Assembly: GCA_963781885.1 (NCBI GenBank)
Contig: CAWAHW010000002.1
Coordinates: 512,001 to 576,000, forward strand
Length of the DNA: 64,000 bases
Reading direction: 5' to 3'
Source of the DNA: an uncultured Spirochaetota bacterium
GTDB taxonomy: Bacteria > Spirochaetota > Spirochaetia > SZUA-6 > Fen-1364
The first letter of the stretch is position 1. The number at the start of each line of letters is the position of its first letter. Of the stretch, positions 8,760-17,381 are shown piece by piece. A model generated the notes under the pieces. The model made no database searches and was not told the origin of the DNA. It saw only the letters and a program-made list of their open reading frames with translations. Position numbers and translations under genes: made by a program.

Positions 8760-10460
8760 ATGCTCTTCGGAAAGTTTGACATCAATCCATCCACATCTCC
8801 CGGTGTGCTCGATACCGCCACGTGGGACCGCGCGGCTGCCGCGGCGGAGATACACCGGCACCGGGAGCGCTGGGCGTCCCTGTCGGATGCCGTCGGGGAT
8901 GCCGCCACCTCGCGTCGACCGGGAACACCCGAGGCGACCGTCATCAAGGTGTCCGGGTCCTCGCGCGAGGTGATCGCGCTTGCCGCCCTTTCCGACGGGC
9001 AGCGGGTCTTCCTCCAGATCGGTGGACTTTCGAAGGGCAGCGATCTCGGGCGCCCCTTCTTCCAGCTCCAGCTCCGCGAAAAACTCCTCCTGGCCGCCTA
9101 CCCCGCGGACGCGGCGGTGATCGATCGTTTCTGCACGACGCTTGCGCTTTCCAACGGGCCGCGCGCACTCGGTGGAACGCCGAGGCTGGGAATCGGCACG
9201 CGCATGACGACGCGGCTCTGGCCGGGCATATTCGCCGCCATGCAGCGGCACGGCTTTGCAGCGAATGCCATCCAGAACTCCGTGCGGGAGCTGAACCTTC
9301 TTTCGGATTTGACGAGCGGAGCCGCCCCCGAGCGCAACTACGCGAGCGGTTTCGGCACGATCGAAAGCGGGTACACGGGAAGCACATTCGAGGGCCTCTG
9401 GGTGGCGGGAGTCCTGGCGGCCCTGGAGTACGCGCATCCCCTGACCTATGGGGCGGACGCGGATCACATCCAGGTCAAGCGCGCCGACACCGGTCTTGCC
9501 CGCGCGCGGCGCGTGGTCGATGCCGCCCGGTACTACACGTTCTTCACGCTCGACGTGGCCGACGTGCTGGCCTACGACGCCATCGGTCGAACCGGTGCGG
9601 GCGACGAGCTTCTGCGTCAGAGCATCCCGGCGGACAAAGAGCGGCGCGACGTGCTTTCTTTCCATCGCCAGGCCTCCGGAGACGATCCGGACCTCATCGG
9701 CAGATGCGTGGGGAAGTTCTGGAGGGCGCTCGATGCCGCCGCTCGGCTTGCGGACCACATCGCAGCGTTGCGGGGCGCGGCGGGCTTCGACCTGGAGTTC
9801 GCGTTCGACGAGCACCCGCCCGAAATCGCGGGTCCGGCGTGCATCAGCAGCGACCAGGAGGTGGCATTCGTCGCCCGCGAAATCCGCAGGCGCGGCCTGC
9901 CGGTGACGCATATCGCGCCGAATTTCGGGGTCGAAAAGGGCTTCGACTATCGCCTTGCCGACGGCTATGCGGGACTCTCGACGCGCGTGGCGTCGCATTT
10001 CCGCATCGCCGAGGAGACAGGCTTTCTCCTGGACGTGCATTCGGCCGACGACCTCTCGGGCGAGGCGCGGCGCGCGATCCGTGGCGCCACGGGGGGCAGG
10101 ATGCACTTCAAGATCTCCCCCATGCTCCATTTCATCTTTGCCGAGACCGTGCGCGACAGGCATCCCGATCTCTTCCGCCGCTGGTGGGAGGACTGCCGGG
10201 CCTATGCCATGGAGGAAGCCCAGCGCGGATCCGCATTCGCGGCGGAATGTCTTGCACAGCTCCCCGCGCAGGCGGCGCCGTCACCCACGCAGGACGTCTT
10301 CCGCCATTTCTTTTTTGCCTATCCCGGTCGGCGCGACAGCGCGGGGCGTTTCATCAACCGCGAGGCATTCTACACGCTGCCGGCCGACACCTATGCCGAT
10401 TACCAGGAGAGGATCGCGGCCCACCTGGGCATGCTCGCGGAGGACCTCTTCAATTCCTAG
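8760..10460 (+). CDS. Tagaturonate/fructuronate epimerase (UxaE) family protein
   Basis: PRLGIGTR, QNSVREL, GADADH, FTLD, HSADD and HFKIS motifs; start placed at ATG 8760. Confidence 0.7.
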   Translation: MLFGKFDINPSTSPGVLDTATWDRAAAAAEIHRHRERWASLSDAVGDAATSRRPGTPEATVIKVSGSSREVIALAALSDGQRVFLQIGGLSKGSDLGRPFFQLQLREKLLLAAYPADAAVIDRFCTTLALSNGPRALGGTPRLGIGTRMTTRLWPGIFAAMQRHGFAANAIQNSVRELNLLSDLTSGAAPERNYASGFGTIESGYTGSTFEGLWVAGVLAALEYAHPLTYGADADHIQVKRADTGLARARRVVDAARYYTFFTLDVADVLAYDAIGRTGAGDELLRQSIPADKERRDVLSFHRQASGDDPDLIGRCVGKFWRALDAAARLADHIAALRGAAGFDLEFAFDEHPPEIAGPACISSDQEVAFVAREIRRRGLPVTHIAPNFGVEKGFDYRLADGYAGLSTRVASHFRIAEETGFLLDVHSADDLSGEARRAIRGATGGRMHFKISPMLHFIFAETVRDRHPDLFRRWWEDCRAYAMEEAQRGSAFAAECLAQLPAQAAPSPTQDVFRHFFFAYPGRRDSAGRFINREAFYTLPADTYADYQERIAAHLGMLAEDLFNS

Positions 10461-10470
10461 GAGGCAGGCC

Positions 10471-11148
10471 ATGCAGGTATTTCTGGACAGCGCAGACCCT
10501 CGGGAGATCGTGCAGGCGCGCACATGGGGCGCCATTGACGGAGTGACGACCAACCCGTCCCTGATTTCCCGCGCCGGCCCCGACATGCAGAAGACGCTGC
10601 GGGCCGTGCTGGATGCATCGCCGGGACCCGTGCTCTGCCAGGCCATCGGGTGGGACGATCCTGATTCACTTTCGGGTCAGGCGCGTTGGCTGCACGCCTT
10701 TTCCGACCGCATCATTGTGAAGCTCCCGATGAGCCCGGCCGGCATCATGGCGGTCCAGAAGCTGAAGCGGGAATCACCGGGCATGAAGATCGCCGTCACG
10801 CTCGTCTCATCCATCGCCCAGGCGTACCTCGTGGCAAAGGCGGGCGCGGATATCGTGGCGATATTCAATGGGCCGCTGGAGCAGGCGCTGGACCAGGACG
10901 TGGACCTTGTCGCGCCCGTGCGCACGATGTACGCGAACTACGGCTTCGCAACGAAGATACTTTCGTGCGGACGCTACCCCCGATCCTTCGGGGACTTCGC
11001 GGTGGCCGGGACGGACATCTGCACCATGCGCTTCGAGTTCCTCACGCTTCTCTACGAGCATCCTTTCACGGAGAAGCGCATGCGCGGCTTCATGGACGAC
11101 TGGCGGAAGGTTTTCGCCGATCGGACGTGGCCGGTCGCGGGCGCCTGA
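10471..11148 (+). CDS. Transaldolase / fructose-6-phosphate aldolase family protein
   Basis: MQVFLDSA, GVTTNPSLI, Schiff-base IVKLP, HPFT; RBS GGAGG. Confidence 0.85.
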   Translation: MQVFLDSADPREIVQARTWGAIDGVTTNPSLISRAGPDMQKTLRAVLDASPGPVLCQAIGWDDPDSLSGQARWLHAFSDRIIVKLPMSPAGIMAVQKLKRESPGMKIAVTLVSSIAQAYLVAKAGADIVAIFNGPLEQALDQDVDLVAPVRTMYANYGFATKILSCGRYPRSFGDFAVAGTDICTMRFEFLTLLYEHPFTEKRMRGFMDDWRKVFADRTWPVAGA

Positions 11149-11149
11149 G

Positions 11150-11932
11150 ATGGGCGTGCTCGAGCAGTTCCGGCTGGACGACCGGGTGGCCGTCGTGACG
11201 GGCGGGGCGCGCGGCCTGGGCAGACAGCACGCGCGCGCACTCGCGGAGGCCGGGGCGCGCGTCGCCATTTGCGACCTGCTGGATGAGGCAGGCGAGCGGA
11301 CCCGCGCGGAGCTTGCCGCGATGGGGCGGGACGCATTCTACGGGCGCGCGGACGTGACCGCGGGCGGGGAGCTGGATGCCTTCGTCGAGGAGGTGATGCG
11401 CAGGTTCGGGCGCATCGACATCCTCGTGAACAACGCCGCCATGCCGTCGGAGGGCGTCTCGTTGTCGGACGTCTCCGATGAGCTGTGGCGGAAGATCGTG
11501 GATACAAATCTCTCCAGCATGTTCTACGTCGGCAAGCGCGTCGCCGCGCGCATGCGCGCCGCCGGCCGCGGCAGCATCATCAATATCGGCTCCATCAATT
11601 CCTTCATCATCAGCAACATCGCGCCGCGCCACAACGTCACCTACTGCGTGGCAAAGGCCGGCGTCGCGCAGCTCACGCGCGGCATGGCCGCCGAATGGGC
11701 GACGCAGGGCATCCGCGTGAACGCGCTCGCCCCGGGGTACATCCTCACCGACCAGACGGCCGCGAGCGCGAAGATACCCGAGGTCTACGCGCGCAACGTG
11801 GCGAACACCCCCATGGGCCGGTACGGGCGGCTGGACGAGCTTTCCGGCGCGCTGGTCTTCCTTGCGTCGGATGCCTCGTCATTCATGACGGGGAGCATCC
11901 TCACCCTGGACGGCGGCTACACGATCTGGTAG
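11150..11932 (+). CDS. SDR-family oxidoreductase (gluconate 5-dehydrogenase/KduD-like)
   Basis: TGGARGLG, NNAA, YCVAK, DGGYT. Confidence 0.88.
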   Translation: MGVLEQFRLDDRVAVVTGGARGLGRQHARALAEAGARVAICDLLDEAGERTRAELAAMGRDAFYGRADVTAGGELDAFVEEVMRRFGRIDILVNNAAMPSEGVSLSDVSDELWRKIVDTNLSSMFYVGKRVAARMRAAGRGSIINIGSINSFIISNIAPRHNVTYCVAKAGVAQLTRGMAAEWATQGIRVNALAPGYILTDQTAASAKIPEVYARNVANTPMGRYGRLDELSGALVFLASDASSFMTGSILTLDGGYTIW

Positions 11933-11938
11933 GCGGCG

Positions 11939-12793
11939 TCATCCCTTGAGGCCGGTCGTCGCCATTCCCTGGATGATCCGTCTCTGGAATATGTAGTAGA
12001 AAATGACCTGGGGGATCAGGACGATGATGACCGCGCGCATGACGGCCGCCACGTCCATCCCGTACTGCTGCTTGAAGAAGGCCGCCGCGAGCGGGATCGT
12101 GAAATTCCTGATATTGCTCAGGATGACCGATGCCAGCGTCCACTCGTTCCAGGCCCAGATGAAATTGAAGATGATGAGCGTCGTTATCACCGGCGCGATC
12201 AGGGGGGCGACGATCCCGAAGATCAGCTTGGGGAGGCGGCATCCATCCATGATCGCGGCCTCTTCCAGCTCCAGGGGAACCGACTTGAGACCGCCGACGA
12301 AGACAAGCGTGTTGAAGGGCAGCGATCCCGCGATATAGGGAAGAGGGAGGCCGAAGATGCTGTCGATGCCAAGGCCGATTGGCTTCAGCTTGAGCGCGAG
12401 CAGGTAGATCGGGAAAAGGACAATGAAAAGGGGAACCGCATTGCCCATCAGGAAGAGGAAATAGAAGAAGTTGCCGAATGCGGCGTGCCGGTGGTGCAGA
12501 CGGGCGATGGCGAACGAGCTCAGGAAGTTGATCAGGATGCAGCCGATCGTCGTGAGGGAGGCCACGATCACGCTGTTCTTGAACAGCGTGGGCATATGGG
12601 ACTTCGAGAAGGTGTCGGCGTAGAGGGAGAGGTCCCATTTGTTCGGCAGGCTGAGCGGCGCGTTGTAGATTTCGGTGTTTCCCTTGAAGGAGAGGATGAA
12701 GCCCCAGACGAAGGGAAAGATCATGAAGGCGCAGATGATGAGGGAAACGAGGATCAGCAGCAGGCGCGTCGGGATTGTGGTGCCACTCGACAT
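11939..12793 (-). CDS. Carbohydrate ABC transporter permease
   Basis: EAA motif ELEEAAIMDGC, WAWNEW, FQRRIIQG. Confidence 0.9.
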   Translation of the reverse strand: MSSGTTIPTRLLLILVSLIICAFMIFPFVWGFILSFKGNTEIYNAPLSLPNKWDLSLYADTFSKSHMPTLFKNSVIVASLTTIGCILINFLSSFAIARLHHRHAAFGNFFYFLFLMGNAVPLFIVLFPIYLLALKLKPIGLGIDSIFGLPLPYIAGSLPFNTLVFVGGLKSVPLELEEAAIMDGCRLPKLIFGIVAPLIAPVITTLIIFNFIWAWNEWTLASVILSNIRNFTIPLAAAFFKQQYGMDVAAVMRAVIIVLIPQVIFYYIFQRRIIQGMATTGLKG

Positions 12794-12802
12794 GTTCTGC
12801 TC

Positions 12803-13756
12803 CTACGCCTCGACCCGCTTCGCGGTGATCCGCAGGAATCCAATGGAAAACACCATCATGACCAGGAACATGAGCAGCGCGACGGCCGATGCGTAGCCCG
12901 CCCTGCGCTCGGCGAGAAATATGTCGTACAGGAGGGTGCCGATATTGTGCGACTTGAAGTTCGGCTGGCCGTTGGTCAGGATATAGACGGTCTGCATGCT
13001 CTGGATGGCGTTGATGAAGACGTACACCGCGACGATCTTCAATGTCTCCTTGAGCATCGGCAGCGTGATGTAGCGGGTCTTCTGGGCCGAAGAGGCGCCG
13101 TCCATCTTCGCCGCCTCATAGAGCTCGGTCGGTATCAGCTTGAGACCGGCAAGAAAGAGCACCGAATAGAAGCCCAACGCTTTCCAGCTCTCGATGACGG
13201 CCACCGTGTAGGGTGTCAATGTCGGCCCGCCGATCCACTTGAAGGCAAGAAAGCCCATGTGATTGGCCTTGAGGAAGATGTTGAGCAGGCCGATCCCCGG
13301 ATCGACGACGAAGAACCATACGAGCGTGGTGATGATGGGCGATAGGATATAAGGCGTGAAAACCAGGAGCTTCACGACGCCGTTTCCCCGGAAATCCCTG
13401 TTGATGAAGAGCCCCAGCAGGAATGAAACGGGGAGGATGAGGGCAAGCTCGAGCACGGTGATGATGAGCGTATTCTTCAGCGCGATGGAGAGGTGGCCGT
13501 CGCTTGCCATCGATACGAAGTTGGCCACCCCGACAAACTTGCCGGGATAGAAGCTCGACTTGTCCGTGAATGCGATGGCCAGCGAGTAGACGATGGGATA
13601 CAGCACGTAGACGCAGAAAAATGCCAGGGAGGGAAGGAGCAGGAGGAGCTTTATCCACCGCTTGCAGTACATGAACACCGATGTCCTCCTCTGTTCTCCC
13701 GCGGCGGCCATTCGCGAGAGAGCCGAATCCTTGCGGATTCGGCTCTCGTTCATCAA
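12803..13756 (-). CDS. Carbohydrate ABC transporter permease
   Basis: ELYEAAKMDGAS, ITLPML, FVGVANF, GYASAVA. Confidence 0.9.
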   Translation of the reverse strand: MMNESRIRKDSALSRMAAAGEQRRTSVFMYCKRWIKLLLLLPSLAFFCVYVLYPIVYSLAIAFTDKSSFYPGKFVGVANFVSMASDGHLSIALKNTLIITVLELALILPVSFLLGLFINRDFRGNGVVKLLVFTPYILSPIITTLVWFFVVDPGIGLLNIFLKANHMGFLAFKWIGGPTLTPYTVAVIESWKALGFYSVLFLAGLKLIPTELYEAAKMDGASSAQKTRYITLPMLKETLKIVAVYVFINAIQSMQTVYILTNGQPNFKSHNIGTLLYDIFLAERRAGYASAVALLMFLVMMVFSIGFLRITAKRVEA

Positions 13757-13775
13757 ATCGAACCCCGATGCCGGA

Positions 13776-15119
13776 CTATTTCGGCAGCTTGGGGATTACC
13801 TCGTCGATGGCGGCATCCATCTTGGCGAGCTCGCCCGGGATGTCGGCCGCGGTCATGGAGCCGTTCATGAGGCTGTTCTCCAGGTTGCCGCGGATCGTTC
13901 CCCAGCCCTGGGTCCACAGGTCACCGTTGGAACTCCACTGCCAGTAGGGCGCGTAGTCGGAGTTCATAAGACCTGTATAGGACTTATCCTGGATCATCGC
14001 AACCTGCTGCTTCATGATCGGTCCGAGGCCCGACATGTCGATCTTCACGTTCACGGGCATGATCGTGCCGACCTTCAGTGCGAGCTGTGCTCCTTCCGAG
14101 CTGTAGCGCCACTTGTTGAAGGCGACGATGGCCTTGAGCTTGTCCGGATCACTGGCGGCAGTCGCGCCGATCCCGAATGCGTTCCCGACCGACCGGACGA
14201 TCCGCTTCTGGTTGTACTTCTTCGCCACCGGGTCGGTGAAGGCGAAGCCGAAGTTGAACACGTAGTTCTTCTCCAGCGGCTGGCCGATGATCTTGCCCAG
14301 CTGATCGGAGGGAAGGGTGATCATCGCCGCGTTGCCGGCGTTGAACATGGCGCACATCTGGTCGAAGCTCATGGTGGCGTTGTCCTCGGGGAAGGCCCCC
14401 AGGGCGCGCAGCTCCGCCTCGCGGTAGTATGCCTGGCCGAAATCGGCGTCGACGGCCTTCAATGTGTGGTCCTTGAACACCGCCTTGGCCTGTTCCCAGA
14501 TCCCGTACTGCATGAGCCACGCCTGGTAGCCCCAGACCGCCCATCCTTCCTTGGATCCGTACGCGATCGTCACGACGCCGTTCTTCTTGAACGTCGCGAC
14601 GCAGTTCTTGAGCTGATCGAATGTGGTCGGTATCTTCAGTCCGTACTTGTCAAAGAGGGCCTTGTTGTAGACCCATCCCTGGACCTGCATCTCGGTGGGG
14701 AATCCGGCGATCTTGCCGCCCGCGCTGGTGAGGTTGGTCAAGGCGCCTTCCACGAAGGTTGCCTTGAAGGCCGGGTCATAGAAGGGAGTGCAATCGACGA
14801 CCGACGTGGTCCTGTTGAGGAAGTCGACTAGGTGGGTTCCGTTGTCCCAGAACATGTCGGGCATGGAGTTGGACTGGGCCATGATCTCAAGCTTCTGCTG
14901 CAGGGTGTCGTGGTCCACGATCTGGTAATCGACGGAGATGTTGGGGTACTTCTTCATGTAGGTATCGAGTGTCACCCCGACCATGTCCGTTTCCCGGCCG
15001 ATGAAAGTCATGTAGCTGAAGTTTACCTTCTTTGTGGTTCCCTGTGCCTGCGCCCCGACTGTGGCGGAAAGCGTCACAAGGCACAGCAGGACCAAGAGAG
15101 CGGTGACGAGTTTTTTCAC
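13776..15119 (-). CDS. Carbohydrate ABC transporter substrate-binding protein
   Basis: Signal peptide, YNKALFDKYGLKIPTTFDQL; strong RBS AGGAGG before GTG. Confidence 0.88.
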   Translation of the reverse strand: MKKLVTALLVLLCLVTLSATVGAQAQGTTKKVNFSYMTFIGRETDMVGVTLDTYMKKYPNISVDYQIVDHDTLQQKLEIMAQSNSMPDMFWDNGTHLVDFLNRTTSVVDCTPFYDPAFKATFVEGALTNLTSAGGKIAGFPTEMQVQGWVYNKALFDKYGLKIPTTFDQLKNCVATFKKNGVVTIAYGSKEGWAVWGYQAWLMQYGIWEQAKAVFKDHTLKAVDADFGQAYYREAELRALGAFPEDNATMSFDQMCAMFNAGNAAMITLPSDQLGKIIGQPLEKNYVFNFGFAFTDPVAKKYNQKRIVRSVGNAFGIGATAASDPDKLKAIVAFNKWRYSSEGAQLALKVGTIMPVNVKIDMSGLGPIMKQQVAMIQDKSYTGLMNSDYAPYWQWSSNGDLWTQGWGTIRGNLENSLMNGSMTAADIPGELAKMDAAIDEVIPKLPK

Positions 15120-15300
15120 GGCAGACTACCTCCTTCTGATATTACGGTCGTCCAGGACGACCATTCGTGCAAAACACGGTGCTTCATTGCGCACATCATT
15201 CTTCCGTGCCGGCTCCCTCCTTTCCCCGGCACCTCCCCGCGGCCGGCCTGATCGTCGAACAGGCCGCCACAAGCCTCGTCGAGACGAGATGCCAGTGCAA

Positions 15301-15328
15301 ATCCTAAATCATCGCCCCCCATTGTCAA
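15301..15328 (-). promoter_or_regulatory. Predicted sigma70 promoter of the sugar ABC operon
   Basis: TTGACA (15328-15323), 16 bp spacer, TAGGAT (15306-15301). Confidence 0.6.
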
Positions 15329-15345
15329 CTGAGATTTCGCCAGAC

Positions 15346-15362
15346 ACTCGATAGAAATGTCC
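15346..15362 (-). promoter_or_regulatory. 17-bp island motif, copy B: GGACATTTCTATCGAGT
   Basis: 17 bp upstream of the TTGACA of the sugar ABC promoter. Confidence 0.8.
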
Positions 15363-15391
15363 CCTCGCGCTCCGCGCGCGCCGCGCGGGAA

Positions 15392-15408
15392 GGACATTTC
15401 AATCGAGT
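15392..15408 (+). promoter_or_regulatory. 17-bp island motif, copy C: GGACATTTCAATCGAGT
   Basis: Back-to-back with copy B; 38 bp upstream of a candidate -10 TAAGGT (15447-15452) before eda1. Confidence 0.8.
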
Positions 15409-15493
15409 CCGCGCGCCGATTCTTGATGACGGCGAGCCTCCGGCATTAAGGTGAGCCGAGCTTCCGCGTCACGACGCGATCGGGGGGAACATC

Positions 15494-16147
15494 ATGGGAA
15501 TGAAAAGGGACGTCCTGGACGCCCTGCACGAAAGCGGCGTCGTCGCCGTCATCCGCACGGAGAATCCACGCGACCTCGCGGCGGTGGCGCGTGCGCTGCA
15601 CGCCGGCGGGGTGCGCTGCGTCGAAATCACGATGACCGTGCCCGGCGCGCTGGACATCATCCGCGACGCCTGCGCCACGCTCTCCGGCATCGACGTGTTC
15701 ATCGGGGCGGGCACGGTGCTCGACGCGGTGAGCGCGCGGGCGGCCATCATCGCGGGGGCCCGGTTCGTCGTGGGTCCCGGCTTCGACCCGGAGATCGTGA
15801 AGACGTGCGCCCTGTACGGCGTCATGAATATGCCGGGCGCCTTCACACCGCAGGAGATCCTCTCCGCCTGGAAGGGCGGTGCGGACGTCGTGAAGGTGTT
15901 TCCGGCCGATCTTGGCGGTCCGGATTACATCAAGACGGTGCGCGAGCCGCTTCCCCAGATATCGCTCCTGCCGACAAAGGGCATCGACTTTTCCACCGCG
16001 GGGGCCTATATCAAGGCAGGTGCCTTTGCCGTCGGGGCGGGCGGCGCGCTGGTGAGCAAGGCGCTTATTGCCGCGGGGGACTACGATCGGATCACCGCCA
16101 ATGCGCGCGAGCTCGCCCGGATCGTGCGCGAGGCGAGGAAAGGGTAG
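15494..16147 (+). CDS. eda: KDPG/KHG aldolase (copy 1)
   Basis: VVAVIR, EITMTVPGA, IGAGTVLD, VKVFPA. Confidence 0.88.
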   Translation: MGMKRDVLDALHESGVVAVIRTENPRDLAAVARALHAGGVRCVEITMTVPGALDIIRDACATLSGIDVFIGAGTVLDAVSARAAIIAGARFVVGPGFDPEIVKTCALYGVMNMPGAFTPQEILSAWKGGADVVKVFPADLGGPDYIKTVREPLPQISLLPTKGIDFSTAGAYIKAGAFAVGAGGALVSKALIAAGDYDRITANARELARIVREARKG

Positions 16148-16151
16148 GCCG

Positions 16152-17195
16152 ATGAAGCAGGTTGCAACGGACCGCACGGTCGTGCTTTTCGGCGAGCTCA
16201 TGATGCGCCTGTCCACGAAGGGGCACGAGCGGCTCGTGCAGGCGCGCGAGTTCGACGTGATCTACAGCGGCGCGGAGGCGAATCTCGGCGTTGCCCTCAC
16301 CGGCTTCGGCGTGGAAAGCTTCATGGTGTCGAGCGTTCCCGACAACCCCGTCGGGCAGGCCTGCCTGAACTACATGCGACAGTTCGGTCTCAACCTGGAG
16401 CACGTCCGCCGCAATGGCCACCGCCTCGGCATCTACTTCGTGGAGACGGGGGCTGCGCAGAGGCCTTCCACCTTCCTTTACAACAGGGCCGGCAGCTCCA
16501 TCACGGAGTTGCGAAAAGGCGATATCGACTGGGCCCGCATCTTCCAGGGCAAGAGCTGGTTCCATTTCACGGGCATCACTCCCGCGCTTGCAAACAGCGT
16601 CGCCGACATCACCCGCGAGGCCTGCGCGGCGGCGGCAGCGGCGGGCGTGACGGTGAGCTGCGACCTGAACTTCCGCCGCAAGCTCTGGTCCCCGGAGAAG
16701 GCGCGCGCCGTGATAGAAGGGCTCATGGAATACGTTGACGTGCTCTTCACGAACGAGGAGGAGGCGGAGACGGTATTCGGCATTGCGGCACGGGGCAGCA
16801 ACGTGAAAGCGGGCACCATCTCGGCGCATGGATACGAGGACGTCGCGGTACAGCTCAAGGAGCGTTTTCATCTGGGCTATGTCTCCATCACGCTGCGGGA
16901 AAGCATCTCTGCGACGGCGAACAACTGGTCGGGCATGCTCTACGACGGCGCGCGGTTCTACACCAGCCGCACGTACCACATGGACCACATCGTGGATCGC
17001 ATCGGCGGCGGAGACGCCTACTCATCGGGCATCATCTACGGGCTCCTGACGGGTCAGGACCTCCAGGAGAGCGTGGAGTTCGCCGCGGCTGCATCGTGCC
17101 TGAAGCATACAATTCCCGGCGATTTCAACCTCGTCACCTTTGACGAAGTGCTCGCGCTCATGAAGGGCGATGCATCGGGCCGAATACAGCGCTGA
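16152..17195 (+). CDS. kdgK: 2-dehydro-3-deoxygluconokinase-like PfkB kinase (copy 1)
   Basis: FGELMMRLS, GAEAN, SCDLNFRRKLW, DRIGGGDA, LKHTIPGDFN, GDASGRIQR. Confidence 0.85.
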   Translation: MKQVATDRTVVLFGELMMRLSTKGHERLVQAREFDVIYSGAEANLGVALTGFGVESFMVSSVPDNPVGQACLNYMRQFGLNLEHVRRNGHRLGIYFVETGAAQRPSTFLYNRAGSSITELRKGDIDWARIFQGKSWFHFTGITPALANSVADITREACAAAAAAGVTVSCDLNFRRKLWSPEKARAVIEGLMEYVDVLFTNEEEAETVFGIAARGSNVKAGTISAHGYEDVAVQLKERFHLGYVSITLRESISATANNWSGMLYDGARFYTSRTYHMDHIVDRIGGGDAYSSGIIYGLLTGQDLQESVEFAAAASCLKHTIPGDFNLVTFDEVLALMKGDASGRIQR

Positions 17196-17284
17196 AATAA
17201 GTTTTCTGGCGCCAAAAGGCGACGTTTTGCCTATAATTAAAAGATATTTCGTGAAAAAACAGTGAGAATCTCTCGAAAATAATC

Positions 17285-17323
17285 TTGTTAACAATTGACA
17301 GATGACAGTTAATGATTTATCCT
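17285..17323 (+). promoter_or_regulatory. Predicted sigma70 promoter of the transposase-derived gene, with an abutting palindrome
   Basis: TTGTTAACAA palindrome (17285-17294), TTGACA (17295-17300), 17 bp spacer, TATCCT (17318-17323), within an AT-rich intergenic stretch. Confidence 0.65.
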
Positions 17324-17381
17324 GCTTCCTCGATTGAACAAGTTCCCTTTTTACACGGATGTCCGTGGGGAGGCAGTTGCC

